DNA of 63,987 nucleotides, the filler included, from Octopus bimaculoides (lineage: Eukaryota), in assembly GCF_001194135.2 (NCBI RefSeq). It is 6 parts of 6 records of this genome, joined end to end, with 100 filler letters (N's around TTAATTAATTAA, not from the genome) between each part and the next. Parts side by side here need not be neighbours in the genome. Positions count along the whole stretch, not along the records: positions 21,867 to 42,013 come from NC_068990.1; positions 42,114 to 50,512 come from NC_069006.1; 4 more parts are not named here. One strand, 5' to 3'. Shown one piece after another: positions 37,022 through 50,568 of this stretch. The notes under the pieces were generated by a model. It was not told the origin of the DNA. It made no database searches and saw only the letters and a program-made list of their open reading frames with translations. A program made the translations under genes and the position numbers. Numbering within the stretch: position 1 is the first letter of the stretch; every line of letters starts with the position of its first letter.

Positions 37022-39008
37022 ATGTGTGTGTGTGTGTGTCTGTGTGTGTGTGTGTATTCACACATAAATACTCTCACAGGTAACGTGACGTGTACGGAAA
37101 GGTTTACGCACATAAACATAGAGAATTCTGCGCATGCACCCACCTGTGTATGCAAGTGTGTTAGAGTGTTTTTCTACTTTTATATGTGTAATTAGCGACA
37201 TGACTATATATATATGTATAAGTATACGTATATATCTATGCTTGTTTGCGCAAGTAACATACTAACATAAGTGAGACTATATATTATATTCAAACATATA
37301 TGTGTCTGTGCGTACGTGCATGTGTATATGTATGTAAACATACATGCAAGCATACAAACATACATGCAGACATGCAAATATACATACATACATATATATA
37401 CATACTTAAATACATACACTTAAATTCAAAACAATGAACGAGCAAAATAACGTAAAATAAAGAAGGAATAATGAATGAAAGGAAAAAAGAAAATAGAGAA
37501 AATACTTAATATGTTTCATTGACAGTATTACGCATGCGCATATGAATTGTTTACCAGGTGAATATTGTTTCCCATATTTTTGAAAGTATTTAGTTACTTG
37601 CATTTAGTTCTTATTTCATTTTATTTTTTTTTGTATTTATATTTACTTTCTGTTATTTACGATGAACAAATCGAACGACGTAACTTGTAGCGCGTTTCGG
37701 TTCAGAACAAACAATCACTAACATCTGATAGCAGTTGGGAAATGGTTTGAAGCAAATGGGAACACGTGGAAAGAGGTAATTGCCTTTTGAGTAAGTGAAT
37801 TATAAGTAATTAGTAAACAACTTACAATGCAGTAATTATTTCCATTTTCTAATTTGGTTACATATATATACTTAGACACGCACAAAAACACGCACACGTA
37901 CGTATTGCTGTAACAAAATTGACACACATCGTAGCATTTCTTGAACCTCTTATTCAGGTTATTCTTGCATCTCTTATTCAGTCTGCTATTGTTGACAGTT
38001 TTTATTCCATAGCTTCCGAAGATCACTCCTTTTTATGCATTGACTAGAGATGCGAATAACCAGCGAAATATATAGATGCTTCGAAATTGAGACATGAGGT
38101 AACTATATGCTTGTTTTCTTTTGATAGAGTGACAAGCATCTTAGACCCCAAAATTTTCTATTTATTTGTACAGCAGTCATAGGTAATGTATGCTTTCATT
38201 AAACAAATTTAGATCACTTCTGTGATCACTTCTGTGAGATACATGTCTGATTAAGTAGATTCTCTTAAAAAACTTTAGCAAAATATATATTAGTTAGTAG
38301 AGCACACTGAAGGTAATTGTACAACATTGTTATATAAAAGTAGTTATTTCGCTCTCCTAGCACATTCCGGTGGACTTATATTTCCATTCTTTAGGTTGAT
38401 TGCTAAGTGTGGCAAATGTTCAAGGGAAGATGTTTTGCAATAGGAACCCGAGTGTACTGCAGTTCGATGGAGGCTAGTAGGCCGGAACATCGAATTCATT
38501 ATTACCCTTTTCTCATAAAAGATTGATAAACGTATACTCTATGAAAGTAATCCTTAGTTTAATGTTAAATTCTTTTTATTATAACTTGAGATAAAAGCAA
38601 ACTTCAACGTGTACAAACACACTCACACATATCTGTATGAATGTGTATGCTTATATGTATGTGTATGTGTATGTGTGTGTATGTGTGTTTGTATGACTAT
38701 ATAATACATATGTGTGCATACATGTGTATGCATATATTTATGTATTTGTATATATATTCATATATTTGACTGAACAGAGTATCAGAATACTTAAATTCAA
38801 CTCCAATGGAGCATGTATGTCTATATATATATATATATATGCGACAATGAAAAGGATTGCATTTTCTGAAAGAAAACACAGGAAAGCATAAACACACTCA
38901 ACATATTCACTTCTACAATGCATGCACAAGCACAATATTCATCTCACTGGCACATTATATATTATGTTTGAATGACGAGGTAAATAAAAGCAATATCATA
39001 CCCTAGAG

Positions 39009-39075
39009 CAGTGCTTCTCAAACTATCTGATGTGGCGTACCGGCATTGTTTTTATCCAGTGTGCCAGGGGCCGGG
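39009..39075 (+). mobile_element. Solo hAT left end
   Basis: CAGTGCTTCTCAAAC preceded by CCCTAGAG (Charlie-like target). No matching right TIR was found. Confidence 0.5.
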
Positions 39076-40743
39076 AATATTTCTTAGTAATATTAATTTA
39101 TACCGGAAACAATGTATATAATGATTGTTATAAAAGTTGACAATGTTTTTATTATCTTGGTGTCAAAAATTAGTTCTCATAAATATATTCAAATCAAGTG
39201 ACAGAGTCTTTGGTAATGATTGGAGAAAGTTGAGGGTTTGTGTATCATCTGATGAGTCAAAAATAGTTTACATAAAAACATTCAGATCGGGTAAAAATGT
39301 TTTAGAATAAGAATATAAAAATTAGTTTACATGAATATGTCCAAATCAAGTAAGAGAGTCTTTGACAAGAAGATAAAACGAGTCTGGTTTGTCAATCAAT
39401 TGGTACTAAAGTTTTAGTCTCACTGTGATCAGAAACCATAACTGTTTGCAGCATCTTAAATTGAAAAAAAAAAGCTGAGTGGAGAAATAACAGACCATTT
39501 ATAGTTCTTGGATCTGGCTGTAGGGTTTCGCATCTGGATTGACTTTCACAGTTATCATAATTTTATGCAGAAATGGTCGCTCAAAATTACCTTTTAAAAA
39601 AAAATAATGTAGTTGGTTGAAGGCATTCACGTGATCAAATGATGGTTCTGTTCTATTTGTTTAAAAGGTGCTTTAGAATTGCTTTCTCTCTAACAAACCA
39701 TAGTGTGGGTGGTTGATGGCAGTCACACGATCAAAGGGTAGTTCAGTATTGTTCTACTTTCTAATAGTTGCTGTGGAGCCAAGAAAGGCTTGTTTGGTGA
39801 GCTGATTCTGTTATAGTTCAGTAGTTCTGGCTAGTGTTTTGGCTCACCAAAAACAAAATATGTTTTCATATCAAAAATTGTTGAGCGGTTCTTACATCAA
39901 ACTATAACATACACACGTGCTTGTATGTACTCATTTATTTGGAAGGAGAACAAAACGTCAAAAGGATCTATAATTTAGAAGAACAGTAAAATGATATTTT
40001 GATATTAATGTCTTTTCGAAGGGCATTAAGTAAATTATGATACAATCCACCATTGGCTGAAATCACATTTCTGTCAAAAGTGGTATTTTTCCCTAACCTC
40101 AAATATCCAAGTTTTCCATAACTCATTAAGCGCTGGGATTTGCACTTACATAGCATGGACTGCTCAACACATTTTATGAAAATGAGACAACTATGCACAC
40201 ATAGAGAAAGAAAAAATAGTTAAAATATCTTCGTAGCATAATATAATGGTGGCGAGTTTTACATCATCTGAAAAGTCATTAGTTGAATTATTAGACCTCT
40301 TGGATTCTACGAGGTATCGGAGCGTTTGTGTGACATTAGACCCCAATAAACGCCCATAAATTAAATTTGGGCCAGGATCGTGGCCTCTCGACCTCTGCCT
40401 GACAGCCACGATCGTGGCCCGTCGCGCTTTATGCGTTAAAGTTGACCACAGAGTTTCTCCACTAAAAAATCACGAAAGGTTTGGAAAATGAGAGAAAACA
40501 CTATTATTAGCATTAAAAACAAATTGGATTTGAAATCTGATAGAGTAAAATAATATAAGACATTTATTTTGGTAATCTACTGATTCAACTATTTCCACTG
40601 AGTTCAAATTATTGTAATACCATTTCCTCATCGTAATGGAAGGCACAACGTTTCAAGGTATTATTTTGTTCCCCGAACAACCCAGGGCTACATGTTGCAG
40701 CCAAAGTTAATTTACTTTCATGTCAGTTGAAATAAATCTTCAC

Positions 40744-40788
<45 letters not shown>

Positions 40789-41273
40789 AATTCTAACATT
40801 ATAGTCATTTCTATAAAATCACTTATCTCCATACATTTAACATAGGATAAATAACATCACTTTTAAAATCACTGCTATTTTGGTTTGGTTAATAGTCCAC
40901 AGGGACAAAGTATATTATTATACAAATCATAGGGGTGGGTATGCAATTTCAGTTGTAATAAATGCAAACATGCATCGGTGTATTGCTTGCGTGAGTAGAT
41001 GTATGAATATGCGAAATTCTGGGTATATGAGTGTGTGTTTGCCATTATGGCTGATCAGCAGGATGTCAGTGCGTGTACTATCTAATTTTAAAGCATTTTC
41101 CGATGTATCAATAAGAAGACAGAAAAAGACAATGTTAATTTTGTACGGATAGTAATAGATAGATTATACGCATGGATCTCCCCCTTTCTTTCTCTCTCTC
41201 AACCTCTTTCTCTCTGTCTTTCTTCAGCTTTCTCTCTCTACCTCTGATATGTATAGGAATACACTTCCTCTCT

Positions 41274-41340
<67 letters not shown>

Positions 41341-41604
41341 GTTTGGATACTTTTGTAAAACTAATTTACGCATCATACTATTTTACTTATAATATTACGA
41401 GAACATTTAACGAAAACATTCATACAAGAAATCATACTTTCAATAACCACGCTTCTTACATAATAGTGTAGATGTAATTGGAAGTTTAGGCAGTTTGAAT
41501 TTACATTACATAAAGATATTTTGTTTCTATGCTGTATCTACATAATTGTATTTGTTTTATTATATTCAGAAAGTTACATCTAAATATCAATGACTGTTAA
41601 GATT

Positions 41605-42013
41605 GTTCCTATTTCTGATATGTAACAACATCTCGTTCAACTCACACACAATTCTACGCGCTAGAGCTGTGTCCCCATATTATACTGAAAGCTAACAATG
41701 AATTTCAACCCCTGACACACCTGCAAACCAGAAAAATCAAATTGCTGATCTCTGTTCATTGATTGGACCATGTCAGGTGGGGGAGAAGAGCCATGCGAGG
41801 AACGTGAAAATCACGGTGGTGCACCAACATGACCGCAGCCACTTGGCTGAAACACATAAATAAATAAATAAATATATATATATATATGTATATATATAGA
41901 TATGTTCCTATTTCTGGTACGTAACAACATCTCGTACCACTCACACACAATTCTACGCGCTAGAGCTGTGTCCCCATATTATACTGAAAGCTAACAATGA
42001 ATTTCAACCCCTA
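41605..42013. repeat. ~105-bp direct repeat pair at a segment end
   Basis: CACACAATTCTACGCGCTAGAGCTGTGTCCCCATATTATACTGAAAGCTAACAATGAATTTCAACCCCT is identical at ~41645 and ~41944. Confidence 0.92.
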
Positions 42014-42057
42014 NNNNNNNNNNNNNNNNNNNNNNNNNNNNNNNNNNNNNNNNNNNN

Positions 42058-42069
42058 TTAATTAATTAA
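42058..42069. other. Assembly linker
   Basis: 44 N (42014-42057), linker, 44 N (42070-42113). Confidence 0.93.
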
Positions 42070-42113
42070 NNNNNNNNNNNNNNNNNNNNNNNNNNNNNNN
42101 NNNNNNNNNNNNN

Positions 42114-42290
42114 TATATGGTGGATTTGCAAATCCTCTGGCACACACCACATTCAGACGTGTGCACAGACATATAATCAGAATAGCTGGATGAGGTTGGT
42201 TCTCCATGGGTTCGCAGGTGAGATTTGAGGCCAGCCAAGGACAAACATGGTCTGTCACATACTGTGCACACAAAAAGGTCTTCTTTCATT
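42114..42290 (-). mobile_element. C2H2 zinc-finger-coding fragment, most likely the 3' end of a LINE ORF2 (RTE/BovB-like)
   Basis: CTVCDRPCLSLAGLKSHLRTH (42268-42206), then a second finger start CGVCQRICKST cut by the gap. It has the C-x-S-x-x-GL-x-SH-x-R-x-H signature and no TGEKP linker. Confidence 0.5.
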
Positions 42291-42810
42291 TGTCCACTCA
42301 CTCCTACCACCTGTCCTCGTCTGTTGTTTTTTTCGTAAATTCTCCTATATATATACATATATATATATATGCATGTAAAAATAAATACAAAAAAAGGGGT
42401 TTTGTATGATTGTGTATAGAGGAATATATTATTTTGTTTAAAAGAGTTCCAACACTGTCTGTTTTTTATGTTTTACTTATATTCCTGCAAAACCAATGTG
42501 GGATATAGAATATGGAATATACAATATATAATATAATATACAATATATAATATAAAATAAAAATGGATGGTACTATGAAATAAAGTATTGAATGTCTTAT
42601 TGAATATATGGAATATGTCTTATTGAATAAATGAAATATTGAGTGTTCAATATAAAGGATTAAATATATAAAGGCGAATACGTATTTTCTATACCTTGTG
42701 GTATTTCATCATGGCCGGTATGACAGACTACACACACACACACGTGTGTGTGTATATATATATATATATACACTGATATATATATGTTGGTGTATAAATG
42801 TGTGTGTCTG

Positions 42811-42856
<46 letters not shown>

Positions 42857-43059
42857 ATGTCCCACCCATGCCAGTATGGAAGGCAGACATTAGATAATGA
42901 TGGTAATGTGTATATTTGTTTGTTTGGCCATCATTTGTCTGGATTTCTTTCCATCTTTTGGAAGCATCATTTCTGCATTGTGGACCATATTGTCAGATAT
43001 AACTCTTAACCAAATATGCTACTTTTATTCACTTTTTTTTTGTTTTTCTGCTTTTACAG

Positions 43060-43191
43060 GGTTTGATGATTTAAATTTGACTGTAAATACAGATATGGAA
43101 TCCGTTGTGAAAGCAATGGCCCAGGCTGATTCTGGTCTTGAAATCAGGGACAGAATGTGGTTAAAGATAACTATACCAAATGCATTTATAG
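43060..43191 (+). CDS. dvl: Dishevelled internal coding exon (linker plus N-terminal part of the DEP domain)
   Basis: Translates (G)[43 protein letters not shown](G). [22 protein letters not shown] is the hallmark DEP N-terminus of Dishevelled. Polypyrimidine tract plus acceptor (tttttctgcttttacAG) ends at 43059; GTAAGA donor starts at 43192; 132 nt, phase 1 at both ends. No other Dvl exon was found in the window. Confidence 0.93.
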
Positions 43192-44623
43192 GTAAGAACT
43201 GCACCATTTGTTTTTATACGTATTGGGTTGGCAAGAAAGTCATTTCATTTTTTTGTGCGAATAGTAATTTTTTTTCATTAGTTTTATTCAATTACATTTT
43301 GCCATCTTTCTGGCAATATCATGATTCCGTGCTCATAGAATTTCTGGTCCTTATCAACCACATTATTGAAAGTTTTACCATTCAAAGAATTTTGCAAACT
43401 TCTGTGTTCTGTGTGATAAGTAGCTTGCTTACCAACCTTAGCGCAAGTTGTTGCTTTGCACCGCCTGCACCAAGATCACTGCTACAAAACAACCCCATGA
43501 GCAGGAATGCCATTTACGAAACTCCAAGGCATATTTTGTGCATGTATACTTGCACGTGGACATGAGTGCATGCACACTGGTATGCATTTATACATGCATG
43601 CGAATATACATATGTACATATGAATGAAAATGCGTGTGTGCATATGTGCTATTTGTCCAAGCGTGTGTATGTATGTGCAGATGTGCGAGTGCGTGGCTAT
43701 GTACAAATGTGCACACCCGCATCAATATACTCATGCATGCAAAACTACATCAGCGCATCTGTACACCCACATATAGAACTATATACTTACACATGCTGCC
43801 CCTTACTACCCCCCCCCCATCAAACCCACTTCTAGTCTATTTCCTGTCCTCCACGTGGTCAATTTCCTCTTGTCTATGCTGTATTTTCCCCTAACTGTTA
43901 CCCATATACCAACATCAGACCATGACACCACATGACTTTTCTTGTCCAATCACAGCCGACCTTGCAGTAATAACAATCAACTTCTGTCATCCAGATTCAA
44001 AATGGCTGGCAATTAGCTTCACACTTGAAACTCAAGTGTACCAACGAATTTGAATTGAACTCTTTTGATCCGTACATGTAACTCCCAATAAATTGGTTGA
44101 GTGCCCTTCTTTCGTTTGTCCACTCACTCCTACCACCTGTCCTCGTCTGTTGTCTTTTTCGTAAATTCTCGTATATATATATATATATATATATATATAN
44201 NNNNNNNNNNNNNNNNNNNNNNNNNNNNNNNNNNNNNNNNNNNNNNNNNNNNNNNNNNNNNNNNNNNNNNNNNNNNNNNNNNNNNNNNNNNNNNNNNNNN
44301 NNNNNNNNNNNNNNNNNNNNNNNNNNNNNNNNNNNNNNNNNNNNNNNNNNNNNNNNNNNNNNNNNNNNNNNNNNNNNNNNNNNNNNNNNNNNNNNNNNNN
44401 NNNNNNNNNNNNNNNNNNNNNNNNNNNNNNNNNNNNNNNNNNNNNNNNNNNNNNNNNNNNNNNNNNNNNNNNNNNNNNNNNNNNNNNNNNNNNNNNNNNN
44501 NNNNNNNNNNNNNNNNNNNNNNNNNNNNNNNNNNNNNNNNNNNNNNNNNNNNNNNNNNNNNNNNNNNNNNNNNNNNNNNNNNAACTCCTCTATAAGTCAC
44601 ACTTCTAATTTGGTCTTATTCTT

Positions 44624-44937
44624 CAGTGCTGCCTCCTAGCACTTGTGCTGGTAGCACATTTAGAAAATCATTCGAGCGAGGTCGTTGCCAATGCCGCTGG
44701 ACTGGCTCCTGTGCAGGTGGCAAGTAAAAAACACCTTTTTGAGCATGGCCGTTGCCAGTACTGTGTGACTGGCCCTCGTGCCAGTTGCACGTAAAAGCAC
44801 CCACTACACTCTCAGAGTGGTTGGCGTTAGGAAGGGCATCCAGCTGTAGAAACTCTGCCTTCTGGCTTGCCAGTCCTCAGTCAAATCGTCCAACCCATGC
44901 TAGCATGGAATGCGGACGTTAAATGATGATGATGATG
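44624..44937 (+). mobile_element. Retroposon family C with internal sub-repeats and (GAT)n tail
   Basis: GGTTGGCGTTAGGAAGGGCATCCAGCTGTAGAAAC...GGACGTTAAATGATGATGATGATG. Confidence 0.85.
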
Positions 44938-46344
44938 AAACCTGTGTGACTCCACAATTTGAATGGTGGTGGGGATCCTGAAATGGACTTCAGATGGAAT
45001 ATTAGTCACTCAATCCAGTAGATGAGGCCTCACATCAGTGAAGTTGGCCTATTTCTTTTTTAGTAAAGTTACCTTCTCAACTCATGCCGACTCCTAAGGA
45101 CTGGTTTCCTGGTTTCATGACTTACATATTCCCCACCTGGATGGGACAACAGTCTATTGTAGTATTACTTATTTTTGCCCCCTGGGTCAACTGGAGCAAT
45201 ATGAAATGAAGTGTTTTGCCCCAGATCACAGTCTAGGAATGGAAACCACAATTTTAATGATCATGAGTCCAACATCCTAATCTCTAAGCCATGCACTTCT
45301 ACAAGGGGGCCAATTTACTGTAAAATCATGAAGTGGAAAGCCCTAGGTTGGTGCTTATTCTCTCCTGATGACCACTGAAATCCACTGGCGTCTGGTATGC
45401 AGAGTTTTCAGCTGATCAAACAAGCGGTTCCAAGTCCCTGTTGTACGGAAAAAGTGAGGGAGTCAGCCACAAATAATTTGATGGCTGAAATGAAATTGTT
45501 GACTCATTTTTCTCCTGTTTTGATGCTAGACTGCTTGAGAGCACACCTGGTCCTATGGTACAAACTTTGTGGTCAAAAGGTTTCTAAATTAAAGACATTC
45601 ATCAAAATTCCCCATTAATTTATATTCCAAACACCAGCTTTTGTTGGTTATATAACATGCTAATCATATGCAAATCAGTTTCCACGAACTCTGTCTATTG
45701 GCCAGTTAAAATAAAATTAGCATACTATGATTATATGTGGAGAATTCAGGCAAGTAGCTCGCTATCAAGAATGAGTTTAACTCAGTTTCCATTGTCTCAA
45801 ATGTGCAAAGATAAACAGAACTGAATGTGCTTGGCTCCCACACAGTATGGGTTAATAGCAGCTACTACTTCATGAAATTCTTCATTATTTTCAAAATCAG
45901 TTGGAACAAAGTGTATTTCAACAGAAATAGGCTAAAAAAAGGATTGATGTTATCATCACTGTTAGAGCGGTGGATGGGTACAACTGTTGGACAAAATGGC
46001 TTGTGATATTTGTTTCAGCTGTTTTTATGAAAATCCATGTTCAAATCTCAGTGAGGTCAACATTGGTTTTCTTCTGATTTTTCTTTACTTATTGCTTAAT
46101 GTTTGCTTACTGTTTAAAATTCATGACAGGTCATCAGCCGACAACTCCATCAATGTTTTCACAAAAACTCCTTCTACTTTATCACGATCACAGTTCATCA
46201 ATAAAGCATTTTCTCTACTCATGTCCGCTATCACGTTAATGGCAATGGCCTCTTCGTCTCTGGTTAGTTTAACACTTTTGTTTCCAGCCTGCCTGAGAAA
46301 GCTGTGGTTTTATGAAACAAACTTGGTTGTTTCCTTTCAAGGCA

Positions 46345-46602
46345 TAAGGTAGGACAAGGTTGTTTTCTGGAAGGCCAGCAGTTAGCCATGCACATCAGCC
46401 TTCCCTCTCCATGCCATCGATGTGACAAACATAAAGGCCAACACAGCTTGGAACCAGTGACATCACAACTCATTTCTACAGCTGAGTGAACTGGAGCAAT
46501 GGGAAATAAAGTGTCTTGCTCAAGAACACAACACACAACCTGGTCCAGGAATCAAACGCACTACTTCATGATTATGAGCCTGACACTCTAACCAGTAAAC
46601 CA
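46345..46602 (-). mobile_element. tRNA-derived SINE family D
   Basis: The minus strand reads TTCTTGAGCAAGACACTTTATTTCCCATTGCTCCAGTTCACTCAGCTGTAGAAATGAG after a degraded tRNA-like head. Related fragments lie at ~45150-45300 (-), ~56180-56300 (+) and ~58345-58605 (+). Confidence 0.75.
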
Positions 46603-46682
46603 TATATATATGTATATATGTATGTATATGTATATATGTATGTATACATATATATATATATATGTATATATATATATGTATG

Positions 46683-46736
<54 letters not shown>

Positions 46737-46997
46737 TGTTTGTATGTATATAAATGTGTATATATATGTATATATATATGTATATATCTACATGTATATA
46801 TATGTATATAAGTATATATATATATATGTNNNNNNNNNNNNNNNNNNNNNNNNNNNNNNNNNNNNNNNNNNNNNNNNNNNNNNNNNNNNNNNNNNNNNNN
46901 NNNNNNNNNNNNNNNNNNNNNNNNNNNNNNNNNNNNNNNNNNNNNNNNNNNNNNNNNNNNNNNNNNNNNNNNNNNNNNNNNNNNNNNNNNNNNNNNN

Positions 46998-47046
<49 letters not shown>

Positions 47047-47134
47047 ATATATATGTATGTATATATATATGTGTGTAAATATATATGTGTGTGTGTATGT
47101 ATGTATATACATGTATGTATATATATATATATAT

Positions 47135-47400
47135 ATGACATTCTCTGGTTCTGCTGCATTGGCTACAAACCCAGAGATTGCCACCTGGAATACACAAAAG
47201 AGAAAAAGATAACTGGCCATTGTCAGATTGTTCCACTTGCTGTCAAGATCTTGGCTGTTCTTGGGACTCCATACCACTGATTTCCTCTGCAAAATCGGGA
47301 TAATAGCAGCTTGTCTCAGGAATGAGCCCCTCAAGGTGGAGTGGCTGCTGTAGTGAATGTCACTGGCCAATCTCCAAAGCAATGCCATTTGTTCTGGGTG
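47135..47400 (-). mobile_element. Possible LINE RT remnant
   Basis: [16 protein letters not shown]...PKN...ISGF loosely follows the RT G.FP..WK.A.I.PI.K...KNYRPI...Q.GF pattern. Confidence 0.3.
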
Positions 47401-48131
47401 TGTGGCAAATTGCCCCTTGCCCCCTTCTGTTACGTAATCTTCTCCTTTTTATTAATTTTTCCTGTTTCTTTGTTTCATTGGGATTAAACTGTGATTCAGT
47501 AAACTTCAAATACATGTTCATCTCGACGATGGTCTAAGAAAATCCATTGGTTCTTAGAAAAATCCATTGGTTCTTGAAGAGATCGTCCTGTCCTTCTGTA
47601 ATAGCACAAAAGCTTCACAGCAGGTTGATGACATCACAGACCAGCTCAGGTCTCTAATAATATCTCATAATAACGATTAAGTGAAACATGTATGGCAATT
47701 AGTGGTGGCCTGTGTTAGCAATTAATAGGTAGATAATTATAGTAACTGCAGTTCAACTTTTTTTATTATCTTGGTGGTGTTTCTGTTTCTTTTATTTTGT
47801 ATTTTCATTGTTGTTATTATTATTATTATGCAGTTTATTTCAGTTTTTTTTTTGTTGTTGTTGTTGTTGTCCCCTTTCCTCTCATTCTTTAAATGTTTAT
47901 TGTGCCCACCCCCCTCATTTCGTGTCACACTGTATCCATCCTCATTCACGTCACATTGAAAAACCTCATCATTGTAGGTGTCCAGGCTCTTCCAGGTCAG
48001 TTTGCAATGCTTCGTTTCATCCTTTTTCCATCTGAGGCACTTCTGCAGCTATTGCTCCTTCTCTCTCTCTCTCTCTCTCTCTCTCCTTCTGTATGTATGT
48101 ATGTATGTATGAGTGTGTGTGTGTGTGTGTG

Positions 48132-48168
<37 letters not shown>

Positions 48169-48214
48169 AGAAACTTTCTGCTTGCCTACATGGGTGTGAG
48201 TATGTGAGTGTGCA

Positions 48215-48252
<38 letters not shown>

Positions 48253-48359
48253 CATGTTATGTGTGTGTGTACACATACATACAGACATACATATATATGT
48301 GTATATATATATATATATTTTCATGTATGTATGTGTGTATATGTATGTATATGCATGTG

Positions 48360-48444
<85 letters not shown>

Positions 48445-50556
48445 TACATATGTATATATACACATATATAAATAATCAAATAATATGCAAGAGTTCTTTC
48501 TGTTGTATGCCTTTACACTCCTCGTAGCCTTCATCACTGCACTGATAACAAAGCATGTATCTATCTGTCTCTTTGTATGTATATCTCTATGGGTGTATGT
48601 GCATCGGAGTGTGTGTGTGTGTGTGTGTGTGTATTCAGTCTCATTTCATAACAAACTCACTCTCATCATACTTAGATCACTCTCACTCATTCACTTACAC
48701 CTGTTGCATGCCCTTCATCACTCATTAACTCATTTATTCTGAAACGAATGTGAAATGTTTTCATCATCTTATAAAAAAAAAATCTGTTGCCATTCTTTGT
48801 ATGTGTTGCCTTTTTCTTTTTTATACTTTTGTTTGGCCCCTAATTTTATTTAAAGTTTGTGTTGTTTTCCTTGCATATTTTTGTATGTTTTATTTTTGTT
48901 AAACATGACTTACTTATCATTTATTTACGTATTTATCAATATTTTTAGAAAAATCAATCATATGGATGGGTGTTTGCTTGTTCTCTTCTCATGATACAAA
49001 TTCTGTCTTTCACTCTGCTTTTGTCAATAATTACAGTGAATGCTCTCCATTACACTCACCCTTCATCTTTATCTACCATATTATATGTGTACTCATGAAG
49101 CATGTCTCTTTCTCCACACGCATGTACACTCACATAAGAAGTTTCTCATCTTACACTAAATACGGCCAACATATTCTCCATGACTCCAAGTTCCATGCAA
49201 CAGAAAAAGTAGCTTAATATAATAACCATGAAGGAAACAGAATATATTTTGTCTGACTAATGATCATGGATTAAGTATTTTTTTTAACTCCCATAGTACT
49301 TGAGCCATGACTGCTCAATGCAGAGAAGCAATGGCTCATCCTGATGAGTCTCCTGGGTCTCTGAGCTCTGCATCCTATTGAGCAAGACTATTTCAGAAAT
49401 CCTTTAGAGGAACCCTACTTCAACTTTGCTTTTATTCATGTACACACACACACACATACATAGAGATACATATGCGCAGGTGTTTGTGTGTGTGTGTGTA
49501 TATGCAAGCATGTGTGTGTGTGCGTGTGTATAGGTATATATGTATGCAACTGTGTGTATACATGTACATATATGTGTATGTATATACATGTATGTGTGTG
49601 TTTGTGTATATGGATACACTTGCACAGGTGTACGTGTGTGTGTGTGCACATGGGTACCTGTCCGTATAATTATACCAAGATGATTCCTCTTCATATGCTA
49701 AGTTTCCTGTTTCCATTTCTCAGAAGTGAATGAATGAAATCTTAACTTGAAATAAATAAAAAAATTCCATTACTTGCATCCATTGATTGCATCTATTTCA
49801 CACTGATGGATTTTGGCTAGGTCTGAACTTTTGGGCTTTTTCTTGTAATTCTCATGCTTTCAACAATGTTATCTACTGAATTCCAAGAAAGGTTTGTCAC
49901 TTATATTCCTTGGCCCTCCCTCTGCAATGCTATCGATTACTTACTAACCCTTATACCTCGCTGACCTTCCTGGAAATGTTAGAATCTCTGTGTGCTTATA
50001 TTGTGGGTATTTGGGTATCTAAAAAGGAACTTGATGCTCAAAGGTCATCCAAAGAATGTACAAATCAAAACAGTGGAATTTCTTTTAAGATTTTTCTAAA
50101 AACTTCAGTAATGTGTGTGTGTGTGTGTGTGCTTGTGTGTGAGTGGGTGTGTGTGTGAGATTTCTGTCATCTCCCTCTCCTCAAGCTATGTCTGTAACTT
50201 GGCAGTTCTTTGTTCAGCCAAGATGGTGCTCCAGCGTGGCCACAGTCGAGTGATTGAAATAAGTAAATGGTAAAAGAAATACCAAGAGACAAATTTATCA
50301 TTTCTGTTTCTTGAACAGCAACAACAAAAAATAACCTGCCAAAGGTAACTTGAACCTTGCCGTGGAAACTCAAAGCCTCATCTGTTTATTTTTGTGTTCG
50401 TGGGAGCAGAAAATCAAATCTTGAACAAACTTAGCTGTTTTGGTGGGTGGGAAGGGCGATGGCAATGAATAAATGTCTTTTTTAAACACCCATGAAAGTT
50501 CAAACGCTTTTCNNNNNNNNNNNNNNNNNNNNNNNNNNNNNNNNNNNNNNNNNNNN

Positions 50557-50568
50557 TTAATTAATTAA
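50557..50568. other. Assembly linker
   Basis: Same pattern. Confidence 0.93.

Noticed and set aside
38150-38190. 9-nt microexon candidate (tttgtacAG-CAGTCATAG-GTaatg)
   Set aside because: Such splice-like strings arise often by chance in AT-rich DNA, there is no linked gene, and no expression evidence is available.
42897-43565. 222-aa ORF as a complete gene
   Set aside because: Only 43060-43191 is Dishevelled-like and it is bounded by strong splice sites; the remainder is intronic read-through.
45650-46320. Coding-like minus-strand remnant (RQAGNKSVKLTRDEEAIAINVIADMSRENALLMNCDRDKVEGVFVK...)
   Set aside because: It has multiple stops and no motif I can assign; possibly an old transposase, but unsupported without a search.
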